Source: Candidatus Kerfeldbacteria bacterium
Lineage (GTDB): Bacteria; Patescibacteriota; Patescibacteriia; SBBC01; CAIJZX01
Assembly: GCA_903825245.1 (NCBI GenBank)
Contig: CAIJZX010000015.1
Coordinates: 28,564 to 92,563, forward strand
Direction: 5' to 3'
DNA: 64,000 nucleotides
In this document: positions 39,501-50,555 of the stretch, one piece after another
Layout of the letters: each line of letters begins with the position of its first letter
Position numbering within the stretch: the first letter of the stretch is position 1
The notes under the pieces: generated by a model
The model's input: the letters and a program-made list of their open reading frames with translations, nothing else
What the model was told of the DNA's origin: nothing
Databases searched by the model: none
Position numbers and translations under genes: made by a program

Positions 39501-40742
39501 ATGGCTAAAACGGAACTCTTTACTGGACTTGACGTTGGATCATCAGCTGTTCGCGTCGTCATCGCGCAACGCCAGATCGGCGTTGATGGTTTGCATATTC
39601 TTGGTGCTGCCGAAGGGCCGGCGGACGGTATTTCGAAAGGGACAATTACGAGTATTGAAGACGCGGTCTCGTCGATTTCGGCCACTCTAGAAAAAGTTGA
39701 ACGCATGACCGGTGTTCCGGCTGAACATGCGACGATTGCGATTAACGGCACACATATTACCTCGATCGAAAGTCACGGCATCGTGGCGGTGGCAAAAGCA
39801 GACGGCGAAATCAAACAGAATGATGTTGATCGGGTTATCGAAGCGGCGCAAGCGGTTGCGGCTCCGCCGAATTACGAAATACTTCACGTTATCCCGCGTT
39901 CATTTACCGTTGATAACCAACACGGGGTGAAAGACCCGGTTGGTATGTCAGCGATGCGGCTGGAGGTCGATGCTCAGATTATTGAGGGTCAAACCGCACA
40001 GATTAAAAACTTACAGAAGGCCATCTACCGGACAGGTGTCAGTATTGATGATATGGTATTGGCGGTGCTAGCATCATCGTTGGCCTGCACGACGAAACGC
40101 CAGAAAGATCTTGGGGTGGCTGTTTTGAATATTGGTGCCAGTACGACAAGTCTGATGGTTTTTGAAGAAGGTGACGTTCTGCATACGAAAATTCTCCCGA
40201 TCGGTGCCAGCCATATAACCAGTGATATTGCCATTGGCTTGCGCATCTCGATTGATCTCGCGGAGAAGGTGAAGTTGGAGGTGGGGACGGCGAATCCAGC
40301 AGAAGTTGATAAACACGACGAAATTAATTTACATGATTTTGGCGGTGACGAACTCGTACTTCCTCGTCATCAAATTGCCGACATTATTGAAGCGCGAGTA
40401 GAAGAGATGGATAAAATGGTTGATCGCGAACTACAAGCCATTGATCGTTCAGGGTTGCTGCCAGCCGGAATCATAATCACTGGTGGTGGGGCGAAATTAC
40501 CGGGATTGATCGATATTGGGAAACGGGATTTTCGTTTGCCGGTGAGTATCGGCTTCCCGATCGGGTACACCACGGCGATTGATAAAGTTCAAGACCCGCA
40601 ATTTACTACGGCACTTGGGTTGGCGAGTTGGGCTGCTGACGCATCCTCAACCCACGGCTTGTTCAGTAAGCTCCCAGCCTTTGGCTCCGTGAATGACACC
40701 GTGAATGGCATGCGCCATTGGTTCAAGAGTTTGCTTCCGTAG
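39501..40742 (+). CDS. ftsA: cell division protein FtsA
   Basis: Actin-like ATPase fold motifs (GLDVGSSAVRVVI, IITGGGAKLPGL). An extended -10 TGgTGTATACT lies at 39452-39462. Confidence 0.9.
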   Translation: MAKTELFTGLDVGSSAVRVVIAQRQIGVDGLHILGAAEGPADGISKGTITSIEDAVSSISATLEKVERMTGVPAEHATIAINGTHITSIESHGIVAVAKADGEIKQNDVDRVIEAAQAVAAPPNYEILHVIPRSFTVDNQHGVKDPVGMSAMRLEVDAQIIEGQTAQIKNLQKAIYRTGVSIDDMVLAVLASSLACTTKRQKDLGVAVLNIGASTTSLMVFEEGDVLHTKILPIGASHITSDIAIGLRISIDLAEKVKLEVGTANPAEVDKHDEINLHDFGGDELVLPRHQIADIIEARVEEMDKMVDRELQAIDRSGLLPAGIIITGGGAKLPGLIDIGKRDFRLPVSIGFPIGYTTAIDKVQDPQFTTALGLASWAADASSTHGLFSKLPAFGSVNDTVNGMRHWFKSLLP

Positions 40743-40817
40743 GCCTGAACACTTTTGGTGTTCATTACCTATTCCTGACCGTTTGCTCCAACCCATCAAC
40801 TTTGATAGACTATACCC

Positions 40818-41999
40818 ATGTCACCACGCTCGCCCATGGAAGTAAAACCAGACATCGAAACCTTCGCTAAGATTAAGGTTGTTGGGGTTGGCGGATCCGG
40901 CGGGTCGGCGTTGAACCGGATGATGCAGCATAAAATCCGCGGGATTGAGTTTGTGGCGGTCAACACGGATGCCCAAGCATTGCACCATAACACTGCACCA
41001 GTAAAAGTACACATCGGGAAGACGACGACCAGGGGTCTTGGCGCAGGTATGGATCCGGATACGGGAAGAAAAGCCGCCGAAGAAGATCAAGACGAATTAC
41101 GTGAATTGCTGAAAGATTCCGACATGGTGTTCATCACCTGCGGACTTGGTGGCGGCACGGGAACCGGCGCAGCACCGTTAATTGCGGAAGTGGCTAAAGA
41201 CCTCGGCGCTCTGACCGTCGCGGTTGTGACCAAACCATTTTCGTTCGAAGGCGCGCAACGTCGCAGTATTGCCGATCACGGCTACAGTGAACTCGCTTCG
41301 CAAGTCGATACGATTATTTCTATTCCGAATGATCGGTTATTGCAGATAATTGATAAAAAAACTTCACTCCTCGAATCGTTTCAAGTGGTTGACGATGTGC
41401 TCCGACAGGGGATTCAAGGTATTGCCGAACTCATTACGGTACCCGGACTCATTAACGTCGACTTTGCTGACGTCAAGGCAATCATGAAAGATCAGGGCAC
41501 AGCGTTGATGGGTATTGGGCGTGGTACCGGCGAAAATCGTGCCGTTGATGCCGCGAAAGCCGCCATTGATTCGCCACTTCTTGAGGTGCCGATTGATGGC
41601 GCCAAAGGAATCCTCTTCACCATCACCGGTGGTTCGAACATGGGCATGTATGAAGTAAACGAAGCAGCTCGAATTATCACCCAATCGGCCGACCCGAACG
41701 CGAAAATCATCTTCGGCGCGGTTATTGACGAAGAATTAAAAGATGAAATTAAGGTGACGGTCATAGCCACGGGTTTCGGTAAAGGCGGTACTCGTCAAGT
41801 GAAGAAGGTGATCGCAAGTGGTTCGACTGGTTTCGAGGCTATGGTGCCAAGTATGGATCGACCGATGTCGATGCCAAGCACGCCACCGCCAGCCCCGACA
41901 TATACACCGCCCGTTTCAATGCCTAAAGCTTCACCCAAACCGACGCCCCCTGAAGATGATCTCGAAATACCGGCCTTTATTCGGAAGAAGATGCTCTAA
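40818..41999 (+). CDS. ftsZ: cell division GTPase FtsZ
   Basis: Tubulin signature GGGTGTG, with NTDAQAL and [10 protein letters not shown] motifs. Confidence 0.95.
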   Translation: MSPRSPMEVKPDIETFAKIKVVGVGGSGGSALNRMMQHKIRGIEFVAVNTDAQALHHNTAPVKVHIGKTTTRGLGAGMDPDTGRKAAEEDQDELRELLKDSDMVFITCGLGGGTGTGAAPLIAEVAKDLGALTVAVVTKPFSFEGAQRRSIADHGYSELASQVDTIISIPNDRLLQIIDKKTSLLESFQVVDDVLRQGIQGIAELITVPGLINVDFADVKAIMKDQGTALMGIGRGTGENRAVDAAKAAIDSPLLEVPIDGAKGILFTITGGSNMGMYEVNEAARIITQSADPNAKIIFGAVIDEELKDEIKVTVIATGFGKGGTRQVKKVIASGSTGFEAMVPSMDRPMSMPSTPPPAPTYTPPVSMPKASPKPTPPEDDLEIPAFIRKKML

Positions 42000-42028
42000 G
42001 GCGAACGAAGTACACATTATTATTCAAT

Positions 42029-42055
42029 CACCCGCTCAAAGCGGGTGGTTTTCAT
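42029..42055 (+). terminator. rho-independent terminator after ftsZ
   Basis: CACCCGCT-CAA-AGCGGGTG followed by GTTTTCAT. Confidence 0.7.
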
Positions 42056-42372
42056 ATTTATAACAATTATCCACACCATTATCAGTACGTGGCGTCGGAA
42101 AAGATTACCCAATCAGACGCTAGGGAAGAAAACCATTCAAAATACTGAGCATCTCGTGGGGTTTGACCATCACTACATGTAGTAGTATACTGATGCTGTT
42201 ATACACCAGATGTAGTGGTAGCAAAAAATGGCCACTACCTCATAGACCAAAAACAGACGGGAACATTACCAAATCCACTCGCCGGCGTCGGCACCTAGCC
42301 ACCCTGATCTCGCCGGATGACACTATCTCCGTTTTACCGACGGCGCGGTTCGCGCCGACTTCATTTTCTCCC

Positions 42373-42873
42373 ATGAAATGCCCCTCTTGCCACAATTCTG
42401 ATACCAGCGTGATGGATTCACGAGTGACAGAAGAAGGGTTAGCGATTCGCCGCCGCCGAGAATGCGATCGTTGCGGCTATCGGTTCTCGACAGTTGAAGA
42501 GGTTGAAATATTAAACCTAGCGGTGATTAAACGCGCCGGTCATCGAGAGCCGTATAATCGAGAAAAGTTGGAGAACGGCCTACGGAAGTCGCTCGAGAAG
42601 CGGCCAGTAACGGTTGAAGATTTTAAACGATTAGTGGGGCAAATTGAGCGCGATATTCAGGTTCGCGGTCGAACAGAAATAACGTCGCATCAAGTCGGCG
42701 AACTGGCCATGAAACGGTTACAAAAAATGGATCAGGTTGCCTACATTCGTTTTGCCTCGGTCTATCGGAAGTTCCAAGACATTGAATCATTCAAACGGGA
42801 ACTTAACGCTCTGCCGAAGCAGGCGCCTCGACCGGGACAAACACTTCGTCGCCGAACAAAAAACGCTAAATAA
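42373..42873 (+). CDS. nrdR: transcriptional repressor NrdR
   Basis: N-terminal zinc ribbon MKCPSC...CDRCGYRF and ATP-cone domain. Start at ATG 42373, which is internal to the 42163 ORF. Confidence 0.88.
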   Translation: MKCPSCHNSDTSVMDSRVTEEGLAIRRRRECDRCGYRFSTVEEVEILNLAVIKRAGHREPYNREKLENGLRKSLEKRPVTVEDFKRLVGQIERDIQVRGRTEITSHQVGELAMKRLQKMDQVAYIRFASVYRKFQDIESFKRELNALPKQAPRPGQTLRRRTKNAK

Positions 42874-42903
42874 TCTTTCTATTCACTGAGCACCTTTCCG
42901 ACC

Positions 42904-45900
42904 ATGTCCGAGACTTTAACCACCTCCGAAACAACTACCACCACGACGACACTTCCGTTGTCGACTCGTCGCGGTCCGGGTATGCGCATCCAGCGACTAT
43001 TCACGATGGCGGGACAGGATCCGCTGGAGCAGTTGCAATATGAACGACGGAGTTCGGTGATAAAAAATCCGGATGGCACTATTGTAAAAGAAATAAAGGA
43101 TGTCGAAGTCCCCGTAACCTGGAGTCAGGTGGCCACCGATATTCTGGCGCAGAAGTATTTCCGCAAGGCGGGCGTGCCGCAGGTTGATGGGCAAGGGAAA
43201 CCGATTATCGGTGCAGACGGAAAACAGATGATTGGACCGGAACGTAGTGCTAAACAGGTAGTACGACGGCTAGCAGGGACCTGGCGCTGGTGGGGAGAAA
43301 AACACGGCTACTTTGCCACACCGGAAGATGCTCAGGCGTATCAAGATGAAATGGCCGCGATGCTGATTCGTCAGATGGCGGCGCCGAATTCACCGCAGTG
43401 GTTTAATACTGGGTTGAATTGGGCATACGGTATTACCGGACAACCACAAGGCCACTATTACGTTGATCCACAAACTGGTGCGCTGCAGCAGTCCGCCGAT
43501 GCCTATACGCACCCGCAGCCACACGCCTGTTTCATTCAGAAGGTGAACGACGATCTCGTTAACGAAGGTGGTATTTTTGATCTGGTCACACGCGAAGCGC
43601 GGCTGTTTAAATTCGGCTCCGGTACTGGTAGTAATTTTTCGAATCTTCGCGGTAAAGGAGAAAAACTCTCCGGTGGTGGTTCGAGTTCGGGATTAATGTC
43701 GTTCCTGAAGATCTTTGATCGTTCCGCCGGCGCTATCCAATCGGGCGGGACGACACGACGAGCGGCGAAGATGGTGGTCATTGATGCTGATCACCCTGAC
43801 GTGGAAGAATTCGTGGATTGGAAAATGAAAGAAGAACAGAAAGTAGCTGACCTGGTCGCCGGTAGTAACATCAATGCGGTTGAGTTGAATGAAATTATGC
43901 GCGTGGCCAAGCAGGAAAATACCATTGATTATCATAAAAATGCCGCGCTCGGGAAAGTTGTTCGCCATGCCCTGCAACGACACGTGTCACTGTCCTACGT
44001 GATGCGCGTGTTGGCGCTCGTTGAGCAAGGCCATGATCATCTCGACGTGGCGACATTTACCACCCACTTCGAAGGCGAAGCCTATAATACCGTTTCCGGT
44101 CAGAATGCGAATAATACCGTACGTGTGACGAACGACTATATGACCGCGGTGGAGCGCGATGATGCCTGGAATTTATTGTGGCGGACAAATCGAGACATTG
44201 CTCGGACAATTCCCGCCCGTCGACTGTGGGAAGAAATCGCCTATGCCGCCTGGGCGAGTGCTGATCCGGGCTTGCAATTTGATACTACGATTAATGAATG
44301 GCACACCTGTCCGGAAGATGGTCGCATCAATGGTTCAAACCCGTGCTCGGAATATATGTTCCTCGACGATACGGCCTGTAACTTGGCTTCGATTAACCTG
44401 GCGCATTTCACGAACGCCGAGACCGGCATGTTTAACACGGAAGCGTTCCGCCACGCTTGCCGATTGTGGACGATCACGTTAGAAATCTCTGTTTTGATGG
44501 CACAATTCCCGGGTAAAGAAATTGCGAAACTCTCCTACGTCTTTAGAACACTCGGTCTGGGGTATGCCAATCTGGGGACGATTTTGATGATGATGGGTGT
44601 GCCGTACGATTCGCCGCAAGCCTTAGCAATCGCCGGATCAATTTCATCATTGATGACCGGTGAGGCGTACGCGACGAGCGCGGAAATGTCCAGCCACCTT
44701 GGAACTTTTACGGGGTACGAACGTAATAGTAAACACATGCTCCGTGTTATTCGTAATCATCGCCGGGCTGTTTATAATGCTCCCGCCAGTGAGTATGAAG
44801 GCCTCAGCATTGTACCGATGGGCGTCGATCCGAAAGTTGCGCCGGAATATATGTTGAAATCGGCCCGCGATGCCTGGGATCGGGCGCTGCAATGGGGAAA
44901 CGAATATGGATTCCGCAACGCGCAAGTAACCGTTATTGCGCCAACCGGAACGATAGGCTTACTCATGGATTGCGATACGACTGGTGTTGAGCCGGATTTC
45001 GCCATTGTGAAGTTCAAGAAACTCGCTGGCGGCGGATACTTTAAAATCGTGAACCAGTCAGTAACAAAGGCACTTCGTCGTCTTGGGTATTCGGAAGATC
45101 AGATTCGTGACATTGATGGTTACTGCAAAGGCTTCGGTACGCTGAGTGGCGCGCCACATATCAACCATGAAACGCTGAAAGCGAAAGGCATGACCGGCGA
45201 AGATATTGCTAAAGTTGAACTGGCTCTCGTCGGTGCGTTTGATATTCGCTTCGTTTTCAACGCTGCAACACTGGGCGCAGAAATATTGACTCGTGTCGGT
45301 CTTGGCAGTAAAGCAAATGATCCGTCTTTAAACGTGCTCGAAGCGCTCGGTTTTTCCAAGGAACAAATTTCAGCTACGAATGAGTATGTGGTCGGCACGA
45401 TGACGATCGAAGGTGCCCCGCATTTGAAAGAAGAACACTACCCGATTTTTGATTGCGCGAACACCTGTGGGGTGAAAGGCAAACGCTACATCGCCTACAA
45501 CGCACATATCAAAATGATGGCCGCGGTTCAGCCGTTCATTTCCGGTGCAATTTCCAAAACGATTAATATGCCGGCGACGGCCACGATCGAAGAGACGAAA
45601 CAAGTATATTGGGATTCGTGGAAGATGATGTTGAAAGCGGTAGCGCTCTACCGTGATGGGTCGAAACTTTCGCAACCGCTCAATAGCACCTCGGAAGAAG
45701 ACGAAATCGTAGCGCTGGGCGAACTTGACGATGATGTGGCCGAAGTGACGCCAAAACAAATGCACGACTTAGCTGCGGTGCGTGCGGTCAAAGAAAAACT
45801 TCCAGCTAAGCGCGTCGGTTGGACACAGGAAGCGATTGTCGGTGGCCACAAAGTATTTATTCGCACCGGTGAGTACCATGATGGCCGACTTGGTGAAGTC

Positions 45901-46395
45901 TTCATCGACATGTATAAAGACGGTGCGGCCTATAAATCGCTGATTAACTGTTTCGCTATTGCTATCTCGAAAGGCTTGCAGTATGGTATTCCGCTTGAAG
46001 AGTATGTCGATACATTTACCTTCACGCGGTTTGAGCCGGCTGGTTCGGTGCAAGGTCACCCGAACTTGAAAATGGCTACCTCAATTCTCGATTACATTTT
46101 CCGACTCCTCGGATATGAATATCTCAATCGTGAAGACCTTGTCCAAGTTAAACCCGATCATGCCAATGATCCAGTCCAGGCACATCTCCCGACCATGGCG
46201 GCGTCCGCACCAGTCGCTGTTGTTACGCCGACGAAGCCGATTGAAATGAGCGCTACCGAACCAGACACTCGATTGACTGCCAAGGCGCAGGGTTTCACCG
46301 GCGATACCTGCACGGCCTGCGGCTCGATGAAGATGAAACGCAACGGTTCCTGTATGGTTTGTATCGAGTGTGGAACGACGACCGGGTGTAGTTAA
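42904..46395 (+). CDS. nrdJ: class II (adenosylcobalamin-dependent) ribonucleoside reductase NrdJ, 1163 aa
   Basis: RNR catalytic barrel motifs (NPCSEY with catalytic Cys/Glu region, thiyl-radical Cys loop) and C-terminal Cys cluster CTACGS...CMVCIECG. It lies downstream of nrdR. Confidence 0.88.
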   Translation: MSETLTTSETTTTTTTLPLSTRRGPGMRIQRLFTMAGQDPLEQLQYERRSSVIKNPDGTIVKEIKDVEVPVTWSQVATDILAQKYFRKAGVPQVDGQGKPIIGADGKQMIGPERSAKQVVRRLAGTWRWWGEKHGYFATPEDAQAYQDEMAAMLIRQMAAPNSPQWFNTGLNWAYGITGQPQGHYYVDPQTGALQQSADAYTHPQPHACFIQKVNDDLVNEGGIFDLVTREARLFKFGSGTGSNFSNLRGKGEKLSGGGSSSGLMSFLKIFDRSAGAIQSGGTTRRAAKMVVIDADHPDVEEFVDWKMKEEQKVADLVAGSNINAVELNEIMRVAKQENTIDYHKNAALGKVVRHALQRHVSLSYVMRVLALVEQGHDHLDVATFTTHFEGEAYNTVSGQNANNTVRVTNDYMTAVERDDAWNLLWRTNRDIARTIPARRLWEEIAYAAWASADPGLQFDTTINEWHTCPEDGRINGSNPCSEYMFLDDTACNLASINLAHFTNAETGMFNTEAFRHACRLWTITLEISVLMAQFPGKEIAKLSYVFRTLGLGYANLGTILMMMGVPYDSPQALAIAGSISSLMTGEAYATSAEMSSHLGTFTGYERNSKHMLRVIRNHRRAVYNAPASEYEGLSIVPMGVDPKVAPEYMLKSARDAWDRALQWGNEYGFRNAQVTVIAPTGTIGLLMDCDTTGVEPDFAIVKFKKLAGGGYFKIVNQSVTKALRRLGYSEDQIRDIDGYCKGFGTLSGAPHINHETLKAKGMTGEDIAKVELALVGAFDIRFVFNAATLGAEILTRVGLGSKANDPSLNVLEALGFSKEQISATNEYVVGTMTIEGAPHLKEEHYPIFDCANTCGVKGKRYIAYNAHIKMMAAVQPFISGAISKTINMPATATIEETKQVYWDSWKMMLKAVALYRDGSKLSQPLNSTSEEDEIVALGELDDDVAEVTPKQMHDLAAVRAVKEKLPAKRVGWTQEAIVGGHKVFIRTGEYHDGRLGEVFIDMYKDGAAYKSLINCFAIAISKGLQYGIPLEEYVDTFTFTRFEPAGSVQGHPNLKMATSILDYIFRLLGYEYLNREDLVQVKPDHANDPVQAHLPTMAASAPVAVVTPTKPIEMSATEPDTRLTAKAQGFTGDTCTACGSMKMKRNGSCMVCIECGTTTGCS

Positions 46396-46428
46396 TCTGT
46401 TTTTTAGCGACACCAAAACCAAAGCCTA

Positions 46429-46453
46429 CCCCGCCACGAAAGTGGCGGGGTTT
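46429..46453 (+). terminator. rho-independent terminator after nrdJ
   Basis: CCCCGCCAC-GAAA-GTGGCGGGG followed by TTT. Confidence 0.75.
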
Positions 46454-46512
46454 GGGCACGAAAGAGCTAAAGTGCTATACTGGCAACGGTAGTAAAAAAT
46501 AGTATTTACCAC

Positions 46513-47052
46513 ATGGAACTACTTATATCGATATTCATAGGGATCATACGATGGATCTCAAACGGACTATTGGTTTCCCTCCTCGGTATAGGTGTATATG
46601 TTCTTTTTAAAAAAAGAACCTTAAACGATCTTGCAGTAGACAAGCTTTTTCATTGGTCAGTAAAAATTTTCCTGGTGTACAGCATTATCGTGTCATTAGA
46701 TTCCGCATCGTTTTTTGTAGCCATGAATGCTTTTGGTGGTAAGGCCTCCTCTACGAGAACACTATTTGTTGCATTACTACTGTTTCTGTTTAGTATCCTA
46801 CCCGCGGTTATGATTTTTCTAGAACGAAACAGGAATGTATCCCGAGTTCGACGATGGGCTTGGTTTGCTTTAGTGCTAGAAGTGGCTGGGTATGTATTTT
46901 CGATATTTCAATCGGGATTTTTTTTCAATGGAGTATTAAGCGAACTGGTAACCATTGCCGCAATCATGCCGCCGGTGGTACTTTTACTTCTGGTTCGAAA
47001 AAAAATTCAGAACAGCGCCCCAGTAGTAACAAAAGTTGCAAGCGCCTTATAG
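46513..47052 (+). CDS. hypothetical polytopic membrane protein
   Basis: 179 aa with 5 predicted TM helices. It is preceded by the motif CTAAAGTGCTATACT. Confidence 0.5.
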   Translation: MELLISIFIGIIRWISNGLLVSLLGIGVYVLFKKRTLNDLAVDKLFHWSVKIFLVYSIIVSLDSASFFVAMNAFGGKASSTRTLFVALLLFLFSILPAVMIFLERNRNVSRVRRWAWFALVLEVAGYVFSIFQSGFFFNGVLSELVTIAAIMPPVVLLLLVRKKIQNSAPVVTKVASAL

Positions 47053-47145
47053 GGTCTACGACCTTTTTAGAGCTCCTTTGGTAAATATACGAACAAGACA
47101 GAAAAAGGACTAAAGTGCTATACTACTAACGAAAGGAACAATACT

Positions 47146-47481
47146 ATGCCAAACTCTGAACAAATTAAGCACGATGTAAGCAGCGAGGTTAAGAAAATTT
47201 CGCCCACGACGGATCGCAATCTTCTAGCGGCCGTGAGTTATGTGTGGATTCTATCACTGGTGATGCTCATGATGAAAAAGGATGATGCGTTTGTCCAATT
47301 TCATGCTAAGCAAGCGTTGGTACTGTTCATTCTGAGTTTACTCGGCTTCATTCCGATTATCGGCTGGTTAGTGGCGTTTTGCGCTTTCATTGGCATGATC
47401 ATCGGTTTCCTTCATGCCTGGCAAGGGAAAGAATATCAAATCCCGTTCGTCTACGGCTGGTCACAGAAGATTCATTTTTAG
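47146..47481 (+). CDS. DUF4870 (TM2-like) small membrane protein
   Basis: Conserved FHAKQALVLFIL... pattern. It is preceded by the same CTAAAGTGCTATACT motif. Confidence 0.65.
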   Translation: MPNSEQIKHDVSSEVKKISPTTDRNLLAAVSYVWILSLVMLMMKKDDAFVQFHAKQALVLFILSLLGFIPIIGWLVAFCAFIGMIIGFLHAWQGKEYQIPFVYGWSQKIHF

Positions 47482-47572
47482 GCGGAGTTCTATAGGTTCG
47501 TCCCTGGTAGCCATACAAGTCGAAGCTCTTCCGTTGAATTCTCCAACACCTTCATCAACTTGCTACACCAAT

Positions 47573-47830
47573 ATGGATAAAGAACAATCAGGTCATGAGC
47601 AGGAGCACATAGTGCAAGAATGTGAGACCGCGTTGTCGGCACTTCGAGACTATAAAGAAGGGAAGGGAATTCCAACTGGGACGGAAGCACGAGAAGCGAT
47701 TGAACGTCTGCTCGAATACTTGCCCGAGACTAATATTCGAGTAGAAGATTACGGTCTGACGCAACAAGAGTTGCCAACTCTGGTTGCGAAATATGCGACC
47801 GAAAAGATGCCCTGGGATAATAAGGTTTAA
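47573..47830 (+). CDS. hypothetical small acidic protein
   Basis: 85 aa from ATG 47573. The longer ORF-track N-terminus has no support. Confidence 0.35.
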   Translation: MDKEQSGHEQEHIVQECETALSALRDYKEGKGIPTGTEAREAIERLLEYLPETNIRVEDYGLTQQELPTLVAKYATEKMPWDNKV

Positions 47831-47963
47831 CTTTTAATTACTCAGTGCTGAATAATAAACAAAACCGACCCTGGCATTGGTGGTACTGGGTGGGAATTGT
47901 TTTGCTGACTGTACCGGCAGTTTATTCGGTAGGCACAATGATCGTCTTTGCTTTCACGCCACA

Positions 47964-48536
47964 ATGAAAATCAGGCCGCACAAACTCCATCTCGCAGATC
48001 GCGGTCTCGTCCATGCCTATATTGGCGACGGCAAAGGAAAAACCACGGCCGCGGTCGGCACGGCGGTTCGCGCCGCCGGGCACGGTTGGAAGATTTTGTT
48101 TTTACAATTCATGAAGGAAGAACAATGGCCGAGCGGGGAGCGGTCGAGTTTGCGGAAACTGGGCGTCGAGGTGTTGGTACTCGGCGAAGGATTTTTCAAA
48201 ATCATGAACGATCGCAAACCGGAAGAGCTGCACATGGTAGCTGCTAATCGGGCATTGGATATGGCCAAAGAAAAATTGTTATCCGGTAATTATCAGCTCG
48301 TGATTCTCGATGAACTTGGTTCGGCGGTTGACGAAGGATTGCTGGAACGGAAAGCCGTCGAGAGAATGTTTAAAGATCATAAAAAAAGCAAAACTGCAAA
48401 GCAGGTGCACCTGATTTGGACCGGTCATAAAAAAATTCCCTGGATGTTAAAGTACGCGGATTTGGTGACGGACATGAAAAAAATCAAACACCCGTTTGAT
48501 AAACATATTATTGCGACGAAGGGATTGGATTATTAA
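47964..48536 (+). CDS. cobO: cob(I)yrinic acid a,c-diamide / corrinoid adenosyltransferase (CobO/BtuR family)
   Basis: P-loop GDGKGKTTAAVG and the CobA/CobO family pattern (ILFLQFMKEEQW..., VILDELG). Confidence 0.8.
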   Translation: MKIRPHKLHLADRGLVHAYIGDGKGKTTAAVGTAVRAAGHGWKILFLQFMKEEQWPSGERSSLRKLGVEVLVLGEGFFKIMNDRKPEELHMVAANRALDMAKEKLLSGNYQLVILDELGSAVDEGLLERKAVERMFKDHKKSKTAKQVHLIWTGHKKIPWMLKYADLVTDMKKIKHPFDKHIIATKGLDY

Positions 48537-48547
48537 CAAGTAAGCTT

Positions 48548-48865
48548 ATGTATCTCTTTTACTGGTTGGAATTTCTGTTGTTGAATAGCTATATCGAAGC
48601 CGGAATTGTAGGTATTGTGCTTATGATCCTCCTACCGACGCCATTATTCAGATTTGTCCATAAACCGAGTAAAGGATTACTCATTTCTCTCATCGTCAGC
48701 TTGGCAGCTGTCTTTCTTCCATGGTTATTTACGGATTGGTCGAACGTGGGCATGGGTGGCACGTTCTTTTTTCTGATTGATATGGTTTTTTGTGCTATCA
48801 TTTTTGGCATTTACGTTATTCGATCGCGTCAACTATCGGTAAAACCTAAAACAACCAGCCATTAG
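48548..48865 (+). CDS. hypothetical membrane protein
   Basis: 105 aa with three TM helices. Confidence 0.4.
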   Translation: MYLFYWLEFLLLNSYIEAGIVGIVLMILLPTPLFRFVHKPSKGLLISLIVSLAAVFLPWLFTDWSNVGMGGTFFFLIDMVFCAIIFGIYVIRSRQLSVKPKTTSH

Positions 48866-48877
48866 ATTTACCAGAGT

Positions 48878-49351
48878 ATGTTAAATATTTCTGTAAATCG
48901 TCGGCTCCTCAGTATTACTGGTATTGGCGGTGCGATTGCGTTAACTATTTGTGGTGGTGGCATACAATTGCTGCCTATACCTTGGTTTTCGAATATTGTT
49001 TTTTCACCTTGGGGTATGTGGTTGGCAATACTTCTCGGATTAATGAGTTTTCTTGGAACACCAATTCTCCTGACACTACTGGTTTGGCGATGGGAATCTT
49101 TTTCGAAAGGATGGATGGGAGTGGTCATGCGCTGGCTACTTGGTTGTATAGCAATTTTGTTGGGATGGTTACTCACTGAGGCGGCGGGAACACTTGGTCT
49201 ATGGCGTGACTTGCCTTCTTTTATTAAGGACATGCTTTCTACTTCAGGTACATACTACGTTATAAGCGGCGGATCAGCACTTATCGGTTTTCTCGATTGG
49301 TTTTTCTTTACTCGACACTGGGGAAAGAAGGCGTTGACGACGCCGAAGTAG
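48878..49351 (+). CDS. hypothetical membrane protein
   Basis: 157 aa with four TM helices. Confidence 0.4.
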   Translation: MLNISVNRRLLSITGIGGAIALTICGGGIQLLPIPWFSNIVFSPWGMWLAILLGLMSFLGTPILLTLLVWRWESFSKGWMGVVMRWLLGCIAILLGWLLTEAAGTLGLWRDLPSFIKDMLSTSGTYYVISGGSALIGFLDWFFFTRHWGKKALTTPK

Positions 49352-49369
49352 TAGCGTATTATCATTTCA

Positions 49370-49605
49370 CGGCAAGCAGGTGAATCCACGTAAAACTCCT
49401 TCGGAGTCACGTGGCACAGTCCTGCAGGGTCCCGCCACCGTACACTCGGACGCCGTCCCACACATGTGGGAGAAGAAAAAGACCTTCGTGGAAAGGCCCC
49501 TCGATTCTCTCCGTTCACTCGGGGCAGGCTCACTGGGGAAAGGAGTGACGCTACAGCATTATTCCTGCCTACACCGCGTTGGCAGGGCATTTATTTATTT
49601 CTCTG
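49370..49605 (+). ncRNA. probable cobalamin (B12) riboswitch with terminator-type expression platform
   Basis: Contains GGTGAATCC, GTCCCGCCACCGT (B12-box-like, one mismatch to GCCACTG) and CACTGGGGAAAGG. An upstream TTGACG-17-TATTAT promoter lies at 49334-49362. A 3' hairpin CCTGCC...GGCAGG is followed by a T-rich tract (49563-49602). The overlapping ORFs 49380-49616 and 49255-49590 have no protein support. Confidence 0.55.
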
Positions 49606-49639
49606 GTGTCGTTTAGCGCCGGAGTAACCCTCCAACCGT

Positions 49640-50005
49640 ATGAAACGTTTCTCGATACTTTCGATTCTTTTACTCGGCTTGACGATGGCCGGAGCGAGTT
49701 GTGGATTAACCACATCGTCGGCTACGAACACTGCTAAAACAACCATCAATAAAGCGATCAATACCGCCAAACAACAAGCAGTTTCCTATACTGGCCAAGC
49801 GGGCAAAAACGCGCTAGACTTGCTGAAGTCCGGTCATGCTGTTGACGTCTCTCCAGAGGGCTTTGTCAACGCTATCGACGGCGTGAAACCGGGCGATCAT
49901 CAATTCTGGGCACTCTACGTCAATGGCAAACAAGCCGAAGTCGGGGCAAAAGATTACATTACCAAAAAAGGCGACACGGTTGAGTGGAAACTCGAATCGT
50001 ATTAG
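49640..50005 (+). CDS. DUF4430 domain secreted protein (cobalamin-binding-like)
   Basis: Signal peptide is present. The C-terminal FWALYVNGKQAEVGAKDYITKKGDTVEWKLESY matches the DUF4430 pattern, and the gene sits after the riboswitch. Confidence 0.65.
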   Translation: MKRFSILSILLLGLTMAGASCGLTTSSATNTAKTTINKAINTAKQQAVSYTGQAGKNALDLLKSGHAVDVSPEGFVNAIDGVKPGDHQFWALYVNGKQAEVGAKDYITKKGDTVEWKLESY

Positions 50006-50018
50006 TTCGTTGTTACAT

Positions 50019-50555
50019 ATGTCGTCACCAGTGTCGGCATCCGTCGTTCATCACAAACATACCTTCGGTGGAGTGACGTTACCGACAATCATCCCGCAGA
50101 AAAAAGTATCGGCAACACCCGGCGCGACGGCATGGCGCGATGCGATATTGGCACTGGTGATGGCCGCTGGTTTATCGACAGTCTTTCTTTCACCGTTCCA
50201 TATTGCTTCGACGATAAAGTCTGTACCGACTTCGGGACGAATTCTCGGTGAAGCAACAACGGTGCCGCTCCATATCGAGGTTGTGGTGTCAGATGCTGCC
50301 CAAACGAAACGTGTCACGGTCTATCCAACGACTGGCACTATTGCCCAGGCACTTGGTCAAGCCGCCGCCCAACTACAAACGTCGTTCGATTATACGAGCC
50401 GTGGCGCATCAATATACCTCGCCGATTTCGATGCATTGCCAAACGCGGTTACCGGTACGTGGACCGTTCGGGTAAACGGTGCAGCCATTACCGATCTCAG
50501 TCAACAATCTTTAGCTCAGGGCGATCAATTGACGCTTGATTATCACTCTCTATGA
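50019..50555 (+). CDS. second DUF4430-like membrane-anchored protein
   Basis: TM anchor is present. The C-terminal GTWTVRVNGAAITDLSQQSLAQGDQLTLDYHSL is DUF4430-like. Confidence 0.55.
   Translation: MSSPVSASVVHHKHTFGGVTLPTIIPQKKVSATPGATAWRDAILALVMAAGLSTVFLSPFHIASTIKSVPTSGRILGEATTVPLHIEVVVSDAAQTKRVTVYPTTGTIAQALGQAAAQLQTSFDYTSRGASIYLADFDALPNAVTGTWTVRVNGAAITDLSQQSLAQGDQLTLDYHSL

Noticed and set aside
42904-46395. Possible intein in the unusually long (1163 aa) NrdJ
   Set aside because: No intein block motifs were seen on inspection, such as N-terminal Cys/Ser splice junction blocks or a C-terminal HN(C/S/T). The extra length appears to be N-terminal and C-terminal extension plus the usual Cys-rich tail.
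49255-49616. ORFs 49380-49616 (+) and 49255-49590 (-) between the membrane protein gene and the DUF4430 gene
   Set aside because: The region has the promoter, conserved motifs and terminator of a cobalamin riboswitch. The translated products are Arg/Pro-rich junk without an SD.
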